DNA of 63,490 bases, counting the filler, from Lenisia limosa (taxonomy: Eukaryota; Protista; Breviatea), in assembly GCA_001655205.1 (NCBI GenBank). It is 12 parts of 12 records of this genome, joined end to end, with 100 filler letters (N's around TTAATTAATTAA, not from the genome) between each part and the next. Parts side by side here need not be neighbours in the genome. Positions count along the whole stretch, not along the records: positions 10,609 to 37,342 come from LPNZ01007839.1; 11 more parts are not named here. One strand, given 5' to 3'. The position numbers were made by a program, and so were the translations under genes. Positions 24,761 through 37,442 of this stretch are shown in pieces. Position 1 is the stretch's first letter, and every line of letters starts with the position of its first letter. Under the pieces are notes generated by a model. The model was given only the letters and a program-made list of their open reading frames with translations. It made no database searches and was not told the origin of the DNA.

Positions 24761-25938
24761 GGCTGTTAAAAGTGTCCTGGGGACTGGAGTGCATGGCTTT
24801 CTGAGCTGTTGGAACGGCATAGGCTTGGCGTGATGTTGAAACCCTAAACAAACGGTAAATCCCTGACCAAAGTTATCAAAAGAAGGTGGGGGTGGGGTAG
24901 CAATATCTTCTAAAGCCTTATTTTTTTGAGTTCAGTCGAAAAACTCCGTCTGAGTTCATTTTTAATGCACACACGTGTTAAGATTCTATGTATTACCCTC
25001 CACTTTCCAGCCCCCCCCCCTCATCCCACCATCTGTCAGTCCCCTCCAGGTCTGGGACCCGGGCCGATTTTGGAGCCGGCGGTTTGAAGTGACGTTGGAA
25101 GTCGAAGCAGGTGTTTCGAGTAGTTAAGGTTTCTGCAGCGGATTAGTTGCGATCATAGATAAGTATGTTATATAGTATACGTACAGTGACCGGATAAGTC
25201 TTGACCGATTTTCCTAGGGAAATCATAGAGCAAAGCGGTCAAGACTTATCCCCTAGTCACTGTATATATATATCATATGATATACATGCATATATTATGT
25301 ATATTGTATGTACTTGATATAGAGATGGGGTATGGATGTTATAGTATATAAATATCTCATAAATACACGTACGTATAATATATTATATTCAAAAATGGCC
25401 GGTGACACACCACACATGCTATATTAGCGTACAATATCATACAAGATAAATATTGTATGACGACGCCCCTTGAAATAAACCCACTTTTCATTGAATCCAC
25501 GTTTTGCTGCACTCCTGACGCCATGGTTAGGTGTTCAGTTGTCCATCTCTGGCTGCTCTGCCCATGTCATGGAGAGTGGAGGGTTATGAAACAATAACCC
25601 TGCGATATCCTCTATTGGGCCTGGGTTTGAATAACAAAAAACCCACCACCCCCAATCCGCAAACCGATGGCAGCGGAGTAACATGCATTACTGAGGATCT
25701 CTCTTCTTGCCAGTTTCCCTCCAATGAATGCGTATAGGTTCGGCCCCGAGTGTTGTTATTGTTGTTTAGATAGGACTTTCGCCCACCCCTACGATAAGAT
25801 CAGACAAAGCCAAGGGGGTAATCTCCGATAAGATCGACCTGAAACTTACATAGAGTATCTTGGTGCTCTAGAGCGCTGGGGAGAACGCGAAGGTGCTGTC
25901 TGTGTGCGACGAGGTGAAAGCGGGGACTCGTTTTCCAT
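24761..25938 (-). CDS. Hypothetical protein, partial
   Basis: ATG at 25938 (MENESPLSPRRTQTAPSRSPQR...) and exons ETLTTRNTCFDFQRHFKPPAPKSARVPDLEGTDRW / VSTSRQAYAVPTAQKAMHSSPQDTFNS. One internal junction is unresolved. Confidence 0.45.
25184..25262. mobile_element. MITE family C copy
   Basis: TA|CAGTGACC...GTCACTG|TA. Confidence 0.8.
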
Positions 25939-26559
25939 TATTGCCACTTATCGTCAATTTTTGGTTCTTCAATATATCTAGATATCTAAATGTTGAACAA
26001 TAAACTCAGAAGCTCAGAAGATAAAAAACAAACTACTTTTATAAGTGTTTATCAAGGGGTTGCGGCGAGGCGAGGTTGCGGATTCGTCCGCCTGTATTTC
26101 ACTTCTACCAGAGAGGAGGACCCGGCGGCGGATCGGGAAGTTGGTTGGCACAAAAAAATTGGCAGGAGCCCAATTTACTAATTTACTACCACACAATAAT
26201 AATATTAATAACAAAAAAAAAAAAAGAGCAAAAAAAAACAGAGCCACGCGAGCAACCCAACATATCACCATCATCGCCCACCTAGATAGGCATCTGACCC
26301 TGTCATAATGACGCAGGTATAATTGTGTGATGGTGGATTCAACCAATCTAAAATATTGAAGTGGGGGGGGGGGAGCTTGAATTGGCCGCCTCTGTTCTTC
26401 CAGATCTTTATATGATAGTTTTAAATGCTATGATATAGCCCAGTCAGGATTTGTATTAGCCTGACCTAAGAAGTGCAAACAATGATAACAATGATATATC
26501 GACCTGAATATCTTGTGATCGATTTGAGTGGTGTCAGTTTTGCAATTTACCATCAACAG

Positions 26560-29500
26560 CCCGCATCCCTGTCTTTTAATTGCTGGAGATTGACGCAATG
26601 GCTAAGCAGCACACGGGATGCTTCAGTGACTTCAGTACGATGGGGGATGCTTACATTTCAGGAGGATTAAATTTGAAAGACTTTCAACACAAGGTGTAAG
26701 GTTAAATGATAGACTTACAATACAGGAGTACTAGACTGATACTTAGGGCTTCACTTCAGTTCAAAAAAAGACCGAATTTTTTGATAAATCCTCGAAAACT
26801 ATCGATAATTTACCGATCTTTCAAACCGAAGTGAAGCACTACTTAAAAAACAAAGTGGTACTATCCCTGACGATACAGTGTCGGTGTCGGTGAATACGCC
26901 GTATGACTCCGCACGAAATGCCGAACTGAGTGAGAAGCATGCTGCAAAGCAAAAGGCCCTTGCCGGACCTTTCAAACCTACCAATGTCCAAAGTGCAAGG
27001 TAGGTGCTGCTTTCGGGTTCTTTTAGGGCTCCGTGCAATTAATTGAAAAATAATTGCAAAATTTGAAATGGGACGTAGTGTAATGAGAACCCCATTTCAG
27101 ACACTTTAATTTCTACTTTTGTCAATTAATTCCTTCAAAAATTAATTGCACGAAACCTTGGTTCTTTTACAGTCAAAATTGGCTCAACTTCCAAGCATTG
27201 TGGTTCATTTTATTGAAAATAGTAATGTTAGTGACAATTATTCTTGTACCATATATCCTGGTTTTTCTTGACCTCCTGTCACTTCATTGCTCACTTCACA
27301 GGAAAAGCATCTCCAGAGAAATACCGTATGCCCATGAACTATACAATGACAAGCACCCCCCACTTCGCCCTGATGACCCTGTATGTCGGAATGTAAGATG
27401 ACTTAGTTTTTTTTTTGTTTACGATCATAATATTATCATAAATACAGTATCACATGGCAAGGTCGAATATCACCTGGGATGCGGTGCTGNNNNNNNNNNN
27501 NNNNNNNNNNNNNNNNNNNNNNNNNNNNNNNNNNNNNNNNNNNNNNNCCTTATGACGTCCGCACCACCTGGCTTCTTCTCGGCTTACCCAGTATATCTGC
27601 CAACATCAGTCGCTCTTCCACTACCTGTTATCAAAACACTCGTTCGCCCACTGCCCGACGCGTCCAAGGTATAAGGAAGGTGTTAGAAGATGTAATTATC
27701 CACATTAATCCCGGATATCAGTATTATTTCTATATGTTTTTTATTTCTCATTTCTTTTTGAGTTAAATTGTTGTGAAGTTGACCGTAACATGAAAAAGAG
27801 ACAGTCACAGAAAATTGAATTAACGACAATAATTCGAATTAACGACATAGTTTAGGACCTCGAGCATATATGACTGTATACTACATATAATTACATGTAT
27901 GTAATTATGTATGTTTATCCTGACTGGTGTTTTGATGAAATTCAATTACAATGAAGCATTCAATACATAATCCCAGGACTTCGCTTAGGTGAGAAAAATA
28001 CAGATAAAATCGATAGTTTTCGAGATTCAGTCTTTTTTCGAACCGAAATGAAGCCCTCCTCGCCATTTCAAAAGCAGAATACATACAAATCGTAATTCAT
28101 GGTGAAATGTGTGACGACCGTCATTACAGAAGTCCCCACGCAGACCGATGACATCGAATGCACCCTCACACCCGCCAATCCCTCCTACTGGTGGGAGGAC
28201 TGCAAGAATAACTGAGTTGCCTAAATGGCCAACATTCTTTTGTTGACATAGGAGTTCAATTTCATATCTTCCACCATCATAAAAAATAGAATATCTATTT
28301 AATTATGTTCTTAAAACAAAGGGTATTAAATAGGTTATCTAATTTCAGCCGCCTTCTATTACATCGCATTCCACATTTCCCCGTAATACAACAGAGAAGT
28401 TTCGCCCACGAACAGCCCCATTACCACCTGTTCGTCCCCATAGCCCCAGAAACCCCTTTCCCCCGAGAGTCCCTTACTACAAAGTTTGGAAGAGTTCAGT
28501 AATCTTCTTTGAAATACTAGTATAATTAATGATATAAAATTATAGATAGCATATGTACTTCATAGTCATACATTTTATATCGATATATACTACTATGCAA
28601 TCCATATAATATGATACTATATGTGGACCCCTGACCGTTTTCAGGAAAGCGGTATTGAGCCAATTCCAGAAAAAAAGAGAACCTTCAAAGCTATCAACCC
28701 TTCCGACCCCCCAGGTAGAATGAATATGCTTGGAATATATCCCAGAATCCTGTAGAATTATATAACCAATCCTAGGGTTTCTGGCTGCTACTAAAGCGTC
28801 ACAATCACGCGCACGTGTTAGAGGATTTGCGTTGACGCCATCACCCCCACCAGTCACGCCAAAAAGACGCAAGCCAAGGTGAGGGGTAATTAATATACAA
28901 ATACAAATTAAAAGGAGGGGGGGGGGGGTGAACTTGTNNNNNNNNNNNNNNNNNNNNNNNNNNNNNNNNNNNNNNNNNNNNNNNNNNNNNNNNNNNNNNN
29001 NNNNNNNNNNNNNNNNNNNNCTTCTAACACCGAATTTACCTAGTATTATTCTCAAATTCAATATTTCAACGGGTTTTTGTCGGTTCGAAGTCCCAAGATT
29101 CTTAGTTGCTGTGCTTAAAGGGTTGTTAGTTAACACCGCAGTTCTCGGCACCATCTCTCCACTTTGCCTGCCCCAAAGAGGTCACCAGCTAAGTTGCCGG
29201 GAGGAACAAAACCCGTGCCGCCGCCTGGGTGGGTGGGGGGACTATTATGCGCCTTTTGATTACGATTGAATATTGTAAACACCCCTTGAGCTGTTATATG
29301 TATATAAATAGTAAAGCTCCGTGCAATTCATTTTTTGAGGAAATTAATGATAAAATTTGAAATTAAAAGTGTCTAAAATTGAGATTACATTACAATATGT
29401 CGCACTTCAAATTTTGCAATTATTTTTCAATTAATTGCACGGGGCTCTAATCAACATGTTGTTGGGAAGTAGTATTCCTTAAAAGCCATCGAAGGGAATA

Positions 29501-32500
29501 ATATGACGCCGCGTAGTGTTGGTGATGAAATATTCCTTGGAACTATTTCGCCCTTACAGTAGACTGGTGTTGAGTGGCTGGGGGAAATGTATGACACAAA
29601 ATTAAAACTACCCCAAATATCAACTTTACCACAAATATGATTACATTTCACCCTTACATTAGTTACATTTCAGGCGACGACCACTCACAGCTCCCACACG
29701 AAGCCGTAAATCCTCACTGGAAGGACAGAAATCTACTATCCAGCAAAACGAAGAAGCTACTTCCCGCAGGTCCCCCGTTTCCCCAATTCTGTCTCAGTCT
29801 TCTTCACCAAAAACCACCCCGGCCAGCTCCCCCCGAGATTTACCCGGAAGTTCCCCCCGAAGTTCCCCCCAATCATCAGACGGTGAATTTGAAAGCGACT
29901 CCGATCAGAGATCTATCTCGCAACGCAGTTTGTCGAACCACTCGTGTAATGAAAGTGACTACTTACCAAAACCGGAAGTGGGTTCTGCACCTTCGGATGA
30001 TGAATTTGAAAGTGATGGTTTTGACAGTAACAGTTCCGGTAGCAGCGAGCATGTTAGGCCAGAAGGGGGCAAAGAAGATAGTCGAGGTGATCGAAGAAAA
30101 CTGGAAGAAGAGGAAAGAGTAGGGGAGGAAAGGGAAAGAGTGAGAGTAGGGGAGGAAAGGGAAAGAATGAGAGAAGAAGAGGAAAGGGAAAGAGAAGAGG
30201 AGGAAAGGGAAAGAGTGAGAGAAGAAGATGGGAAAATGAGAGAAGAAGAGGAAAGAATGAGAGAAGAAGAGGAAAGAGAAAGAGAGGAAGAGGAAAAAGA
30301 AAGAGAAGAAGAGGAAAGTGGGAGAGAAAAAGAAGAAAGTGAAGAGAAAGAAGTTGGAAGAGAAGAGAGTTCTTTCCCAGCTTCAAATGCCTCTCCATCT
30401 TGTAGTGAAATAGAGGACCAATTTGAAAGCAAAGAAAGTGGCCAAGATGCTTTTGAGCAGGATGAATCTGAGACCCATTCCCCAAAGGAAAAGAGAAGGG
30501 AAGAAAGCCCTGTTGGTGATCGTAAAGAAAAAGACGAAGAGACAAAGGAAGAGGAGGAAGAGGAATTTGAAGATGACTATAATGAATCTGATAGGGAGTC
30601 AGACCTGTGGTCATCCCATGTGGATTTAGAAGAACAGGAAAGTGAAGACGACATAAAGGATGCGGAGGACAAAACATACCATGACAGAAAAGAGACCCTT
30701 GATGACAGGGTTCGAGGGTTGGCTCAAAAGGATGAAACTCTTTGCGACTCTGAAAACCTGGATGATCACGATTTATGGCAGATGGATGAGGGAAGAGGTG
30801 AGAAGAAAGAGGAAGTAATTGTGGAGAATGAAAGAGAAGATGGAAGAGAAGAAGTGGAAGAAGAGAAAAAAGAAGAAGATGGAAGAGAAGAAGAAGAAGA
30901 GACAAAAGAAGAAGAAGAAGAAGAAGAAGAAGAAGAGAAGGAAGAAGAAATAGCAGTGGAGTATAAAGAAAGAGAAGATGTTGAAGAAGAAAGAGAAGAG
31001 AAGGAAGACGAAATGATTAGAGACGAAATGGAAGAAGAAGACAGCGGTATAATGGAAGAAGAAGTGAATAAAAGAGAGGAAGAGGAGGAGGAAGAGGAAA
31101 TATTCGCAAGTCCCAGAGAAGAAGGGCAGGAAACGAATGAAGAAAGTGGTGAAAAAAATGGGGAGGAAGAGAATGAAGAAAGTGGCAAAGAAGAAGAGAA
31201 GGAAGAGAATGAAGAAAGTGGTGAAGAAGGAAGAGACGGGGAGGAAGAGCAAGAAGATGATCGCCATGATCCCTTCAGCTCTGTTGAGACCACCCATGAT
31301 GGCAATGAAAACACCGCGGCCCGGGCCTCTTCCGGAAGGCTCTCTCAAACCCCATCATTCTCATCAGAAGAGTCGGAAGAACCTATCCAACATACCGACG
31401 TTGCCTACCCTTTCACTCCTGATCAAAGTCCAGACGAACAACAAGATCAAAGCGTCACGGACGATTCCGATCAAGATATCGCCACAGCACTCGAAGCCCC
31501 TCAGCTAAACGAGCCACTTAGCCCTCAATCTCCACATTCCAGAGCCGATCACTCCCCTGTACCTTCCGCATCAGAATCCGGGCTAAACTCTCCGGAGGCC
31601 GCGATGACACTTCCAATTCCGCCGTTGACCGAAGAGAACGTCTCTCCCGCAAGCCATGAAATCGATCACGGGGCGGAAAGCGAAGGTTTGGAATCACACC
31701 GGTCCGGGTTGTTCCGGTCCCGCAGCCAACTGTCCATTTCTTCCCGGGATGATGAAAACACTGCGTCTGTTAGCCCATCCCCTGTCACTCGGGATAATAC
31801 GGCGCAGGAGTTCATTGACTTCGATGACGAATTAGGCAACTTGCCCAACGCAGAACCTTCCGAATTAGGAAACTTATCAAATGCAGAACTTTCCGAATTA
31901 GGCAACTCGGTTGAAGATCTGCCTGCAGAAGCTGTGTTGGAGAGTGATCTTCAGCCGGCAGAAATCACTGAAAATAATCTGTCACCCGAGTCATTTGAGA
32001 ACAACAGCGGGGAGGTGCTAGTAGATCACTCAGATCAAGAATCCCATGAACTCTCAGACCAGCTGTCTTCCCCCTCTCTCACCGGGGGCTTGGCTCTCCC
32101 AGAGGAACATAGTGGTGATGACAATTCGCCTTCTTCTTCTGATTCGCATTCGGATAATGAGACGGCACCCGTGCATAATGACGACAATCAACAAGCACTT
32201 CAGGAAGATGTTGCCTCAGATGGCTGGGAAAATGGCTCAGACCTCCCAGAAGACAGCAGTAATGATCTTTCTGACCTCAGCGGAAACGATGATGAAGGCA
32301 GCCCATCTGACGCGACAAGTCCCCTAGACGAGAACCAAGTGGGAGGATGGATACCTAGGGTTTCACTTCGGTTCGATAAAAGACCAGTAAATATCGACAG
32401 CTTTCGAGGATTTATCGAGAAATTCAGTCTTTTTTCAACCGAAGTGAAGCACTATTTATACACCCCTAATTATCTCCTCTTTTGGTGGTTATCTAATTAT

Positions 32501-33750
32501 GAACATTTCACTGGAGCCCACGTCTCAACATATCATTATAGTATGTAATATCTGAGACCACTTTTCTGGAGCTGTTCTTTATTAGCTATTTGGGGCTTTG
32601 CTCCTGTCTGAAAAACACCGGTAATAGTTTTTGAAGATTGTCTTCGAGAAACTTGGTCTTTTTTTTTGGACCGAAGGACCAGACTACAACCTTGTTATAT
32701 TTATCATTTCTAGACATACTGTCTACTGCCCAAGAGGGTTTTGTCAACAATAACCTCATCCTACCACCCAAGAAGGGCTGTTTTTAGCAGCTATAATAAC
32801 CCATCTCAGGATACCGCGTCTTTTGGTGACTCCATTTCTGCGGACGACACAAATGCCCATCGACACAGTCAAGACCACTCTATTGAAGGTGGGAGGGAGG
32901 AGGGGGTGCTATACCCTAAGAAAAGCACTTTGACATCACTTTGGCGCATTGACTTGGGATTCTTCTGAAAAGTTGGAATTCAACCCCATGTAATTTTATG
33001 AATATTGGATGAAATTTATGGGATTCCCAAATTATTCAAGGGAATCCCTAGTCAATGCGCTGTTCGGAGTTATTTGGAAAATGACTTCTACTTCAAGTTT
33101 AAGAGGTATAAACCAGAAGTGCACTGTTTTCTTTTGATTTACCCCATTTACCTGTCCAGACTACCAATACCCTGCAGTGCCAAGCCCTGACCCCATCGAT
33201 GAGCTTTACCGAAACGATGACCACTCCAGTGACAACAAAGAAACCGATAGTGACTCTCTTGACGGTATGAAGGGCCCCTTTTCTTCCCCAAAACTCACTG
33301 GCATGTTACAATTATTAGATTATACTTGACCGAAAGGATTAGTCGGACCCTCTCCTGACACTTTAGACCTGAACGAAAGGGACAAATCTGACGCACTCAA
33401 CAGCGACTCTGACCTGAGTCTTGGCGAACCTGGAGGACATTTGAGTGACTCTGATTTGAGCGTTGGAGATAAGGACCAAAAAGAGGACTCGTGGGGAGGG
33501 GTGTAAAAATAGCAATTACATACAATAAAAAAAACCCATAATCGACTCTGTTGACTTAACTGAAACACGGATTGAAAACAATAAAACAGCGTGGTTTCTA
33601 CCGCGGANNNNNNNNNNNNNNNNNNNNNNNNNNNNNNNNNNNNNNNNNNNNNNNNNNNNNNNNNNNNNNNNNNNNNNNNNNNNNNNNNNNNNNNNNNNNN
33701 NNNNNNNNNNNNACAATGACGATACTGATGACTCTGTTTTCTTCTGCTGA
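26560..33750 (+). CDS. Large low-complexity protein: basic Pro-rich N-region plus very long Glu/Asp/Ser-rich region (start uncertain; may be two genes)
   Basis: Phase-compatible exons from about 26857 (PYDSARNAELSEKHAAKQKALAGPFKP) through FLAATKASQSRAR, one exon of about 2.7 kb (29674-32339) and acidic exons ending NDDTDDSVFFC* (TGA 33748-33750). Confidence 0.7.
26744..26841. mobile_element. MITE family A copy
   Basis: Full palindrome, intronic. Confidence 0.8.
27024..27160. mobile_element. MITE family B copy
   Basis: Same TIR; exact flanking direct repeat (G)GTTCTTTT. Confidence 0.85.
29312..29449. mobile_element. MITE family B copy
   Basis: Same TIR and internal sequence. Confidence 0.75.
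32356..32454. mobile_element. MITE family A copy
   Basis: Full palindrome about 16 nt after the donor of the giant exon. Confidence 0.8.
33491..33600 (-). repeat. Family D copy, reverse to host gene, G-tract end at donor
   Basis: Intron begins GTGGGGAGGGGTGTAAAA...ATCGACTCTGTTGAC...ACACGGATTGAAAACAA. Confidence 0.6.
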
Positions 33751-34340
33751 TCTAATTCTTTTCTTTTCTTTTCTTTCTTAGTATTTGCAAATTGTTTCGT
33801 TTTTCTTTAATTTAAAATCTGAAATCCCCCTCTTGGAAAGTCGTTGGACCATAAAATAGTCAGTATCTGTCATAGTGATTGGTCCTGATATGTTAGGAGT
33901 AGGGAATGAAGTCATAACAAAACTCAAGCGCTGAGAGTCTGATCCCATAGAGGCTTCTCAGGCCGGCCAGTGACCATTGGGAAGGAGGTAGTAAGACGCA
34001 GGCGGGTTGAGGAGGGTATCGTTAAGATGTCCTCACTTTCTTCTGGTGTATAANNNNNNNNNNNNNNNNNNNNNNNNNNNNNNNNNNNNNNNNNNNNNNN
34101 NNNNNNNNNNNNNNNNNNNNNNNNNNNNNNNNNNNNNNNNNNNNNNNNNNNNNNNNNNNNNNNNNNNNNNNNNNNNNNNNNNNNNNNNNNNNNNNNNNNN
34201 NNTTGTGCGATATTGTAATGTTTCAAATTGTCAATTATTGTCTTTAACAAATTTAATTGCTCCCGTATATCTGGGTATTCAAAAAAAGCCTATATAAATA
34301 ATTTAAAACACAAAAACAGAAAACGAAATCTAATGTACAG

Positions 34341-37159
34341 TCAGAACAGCTTCTTGCCCAGGAGGTCTTCATCATCAATGACACTCTGAGCAAACCTGGG
34401 GGGGGGGGGTAAAATTGGAAAATTTATAACAAAAAAGCCCAAAATCAGCTTTGTTGGCTGACAACACACAAGGGTTGATAACAACANNNNNNNNNNNNNN
34501 NNNNNNNNNNNNNNNNNNNNNNNNNNNNNNNNNNNNNNNNNNNNNNNNNNNNNNNNNNNNNNNNNNNNNNNNNNNNNNNNNNNNNNNNNNNNNNNNNNNN
34601 NNNNNNNNNNNNNNNNNNNNNNNNNNNNNNNNNNNNNNNNNNNNNNNNNNNNNNNNNNNNNNNNNNNNNNNNNNNNNNNTTCCGGGGTGAACATGGGGGC
34701 ACTTGGGCTTTTTACTGGGGTAACTATCGGCGGCGACTCAACTGCCATGTTAGGGGGTGCTTTTAACAGGAAATTGATTGTGCCTTGTTCATCATGATCC
34801 CTAGATCTATGTCCTTTGCTCATTATAATCCCAAGATCTACAGCCCTTTGCTCAATCATAATCCCATATTTCACTTTGCTCATGATAATCCAAAGAATCA
34901 TAATCTTAGAATCCCTTTAAACCTCATCATAATCCCTAGATCTACAGCCCTTCTCATCATAATCCTAAGAATCACAACCCCCCCCCCCCCNNNNNNNNNN
35001 NNNNNNNNNNNNNNNNNNNNNNNNNNNNNNNNNNNNNNNNNNNNNNNNNNNNNNNNNNNNNNNNNNNNNNNNNNNNNNNNNNNNNNNNNNNNNNNNNNNN
35101 NNNNNNNNNNNNNNNNNNNNNNNNNNNNNNNNNAAACTGCTCCGGATCAAAATCAATAGAAATCTGGGGGCGGGGTGACGAGTGTAAAAAAATGGAAAAT
35201 ATATGGACAATATATGGACAATATATGACTATATAGTGTGTTATGAGATATGATATGCATGACTCCTGGGGTTTCATTTTCGAAAAAAGACTGAATTTCT
35301 CGGTAAATCCTCGCAAACAACCGAGATATATGTATATATCTGGACTTATTCAAACCAAAGTGAAACCCTTGGCACAAAGGTTTGAAAAAGTCCAGATTTA
35401 TATCGATAGTTTTCGAGGATTTATGAAGAAAGTCAGTCTTTTTTGGAAACCCCATCGACCCCCCCCCCCNNNNNNNNNNNNNNNNNNNNNNNNNNNNNNN
35501 NNNNNNNNNNNNNNNNNNNNNNNNNNNNNNNNNNNNNNNNNNNNNNNNNNNNNNNNNNNNNNNNNNNNNNNNNNNNNNNNNNNNNNNNNNNNNATGACAC
35601 CAGACCCGCTCGTTTCCAGCTTGCGCGTCATTTCTTCCCCAATCGCAGAGCCAACACTGGAAGACTCCCCCCACACTCTGTGATCTCTCGGATCTGGGAT
35701 GGCAGCGGTGGGAGCTTGGCTGTCCACTAAGACATTCACCATGAGATCCTCATAACTGGCCACGCGGGGCGGCTCGGATTCGCTGTCCTCGAGGGAGTCA
35801 ACCACGTGATAGGCGTCGACTATGCTTCCGCTGCTTCCGACGGCTGGAATGTTAACTTCGGAGTAACCTTCCGGTCCCGGCTGGCTTCTATCCGGACCCT
35901 GATATTCCGACTCCTCTAATTCGTCCAAAGGCTCCGGGGAATCCACGGGTTCTTCAAGGTCGGCAGCTTCACTTCTAATGATGTCGGATGAAATTTCGGC
36001 GTTGCTAGCCGACGGTACTTCATCTGAGTCGTCCAGTTCAATGTTCTGCGTTAGTTCGGCCGCAATCGGCTCATCATCGATTAGGGCCACGTCATCAAGA
36101 GATGACGAGAACTCATCCTTGATGTTGAGGGCTGAACGGTCTGCCGTCTGGGGGGGTAAGGAGATTGTATTGAATATAATAATAATAATAAACCCAAAAT
36201 AAACTCTGCTGGGGTAAAAATTGGAAAATTTATGAAACAAAAAAAAACCTCAAATCAACTCTGCTGGCTGACAACACACAAAGGTTGATAACAACAAANN
36301 NNNNNNNNNNNNNNNNNNNNNNNNNNNNNNNNNNNNNNNNNNNNNNNNNNNNNNNNNNNNNNNNNNNNNNNNNNNNNNNNNNAGGAATTGATGAAGAATA
36401 TTGGCGCAAAGCTACTAATCACGAACCGAATAATCTGAAACTCCAAACAAACAAAAAAAAAAATAATAACAAAAACAAGCAACAACAAACACGAGCAAGA
36501 AAAGTTACTTTGTTGGTTACTGGTATCGTAGCGATGAATTACAAATGTGCGCAAAGCTTAAAGTCGGGTCAGCAGATAAGGATATCCCCATCATGATGTG
36601 TCCAACTCCTTTTGTAAAGTGGATCCTAATACTATGGGACTATCTTCCATCACCTTGGAAACATATTACTACCATTGCTTTCCAAGCTCAATTCAAATTT
36701 TGCAATTATTTATTCAATTAATTGGATATCCCTATCATGATATGTCCAGCTGATCTCCTTCCAAGCTCACTTCAAAAGAATCATCACTGGTCAGAGAATC
36801 GGAAGCAATGACGTCATCGGCTCGGTCGTCGGAAGGGCCGGAAAGAATGTCGCCTTTCTCGGATTCATCAGAGGAATCCAGCTGATTTGCCTGGAAGGTA
36901 ATGAGACAAATGAGGAGATCTTTGATCTGAAGGTGTTTTTGTTATGTGAAATAATAATAAAAAGTGAGGAGATCAATCATCATGTCATGCTATTTGAATC
37001 TGGAAAAATTATGAACTAGCACCATGATAGTACCACCTTCATGACGCAAGTGCTTACAACCCCTACAATCTCTATCACAAATACAGTTATTTCCTCCCCA
37101 AGCCAAGAATGCTGACCCGTTAAATCCAACGTTTTTGGAGAGAAACGCGGAAGAAACGA
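34341..37159 (-). CDS. Acidic low-complexity hypothetical protein, partial
   Basis: Exons ANQLDSSDESEKGDILSGPSDD..., a long exon TADRSALNIKDEFSSSLDD... (about 35594-36149), PPNMAVESPP..., and FAQSVIDDEDLLGKKLF*. Confidence 0.6.
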
Positions 37160-37201
37160 CGGAACTGTCCCGCGGAAATATGGTAATTTGTTTATGGTAT
37201 C

Positions 37202-37301
37202 TAGGGCTTCACTTCAGTTCGAAAAAAGACGGAATATCTCGATAAATCCTCGAAAACTATCGATATTTTACCGATATTTTTCGAACCGAAGTAAAGCCCA
37301 A
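37202..37301. mobile_element. hAT-like MITE family A, best copy
   Basis: Near-palindrome TAGGGCTTCACTTC...GAAGTAAAGCCCAA flanked by ATGGTATC / GTGGTATC (7 of 8 match). Confidence 0.85.
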
Positions 37302-37442
37302 GTGGTATCCTATGTATTTATTTGTCTCCCAAGATTTCTAATNNNNNNNNNNNNNNNNNNNNNNNNNNNNNNNNNNNNNNNNNNNNTTAATTAATTAANN
37401 NNNNNNNNNNNNNNNNNNNNNNNNNNNNNNNNNNNNNNNNNN

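Noticed and set aside
29959-31348. Long minus-strand S/F/L-rich ORFs
   Set aside because: Antisense shadows of the Glu-rich plus-strand exon
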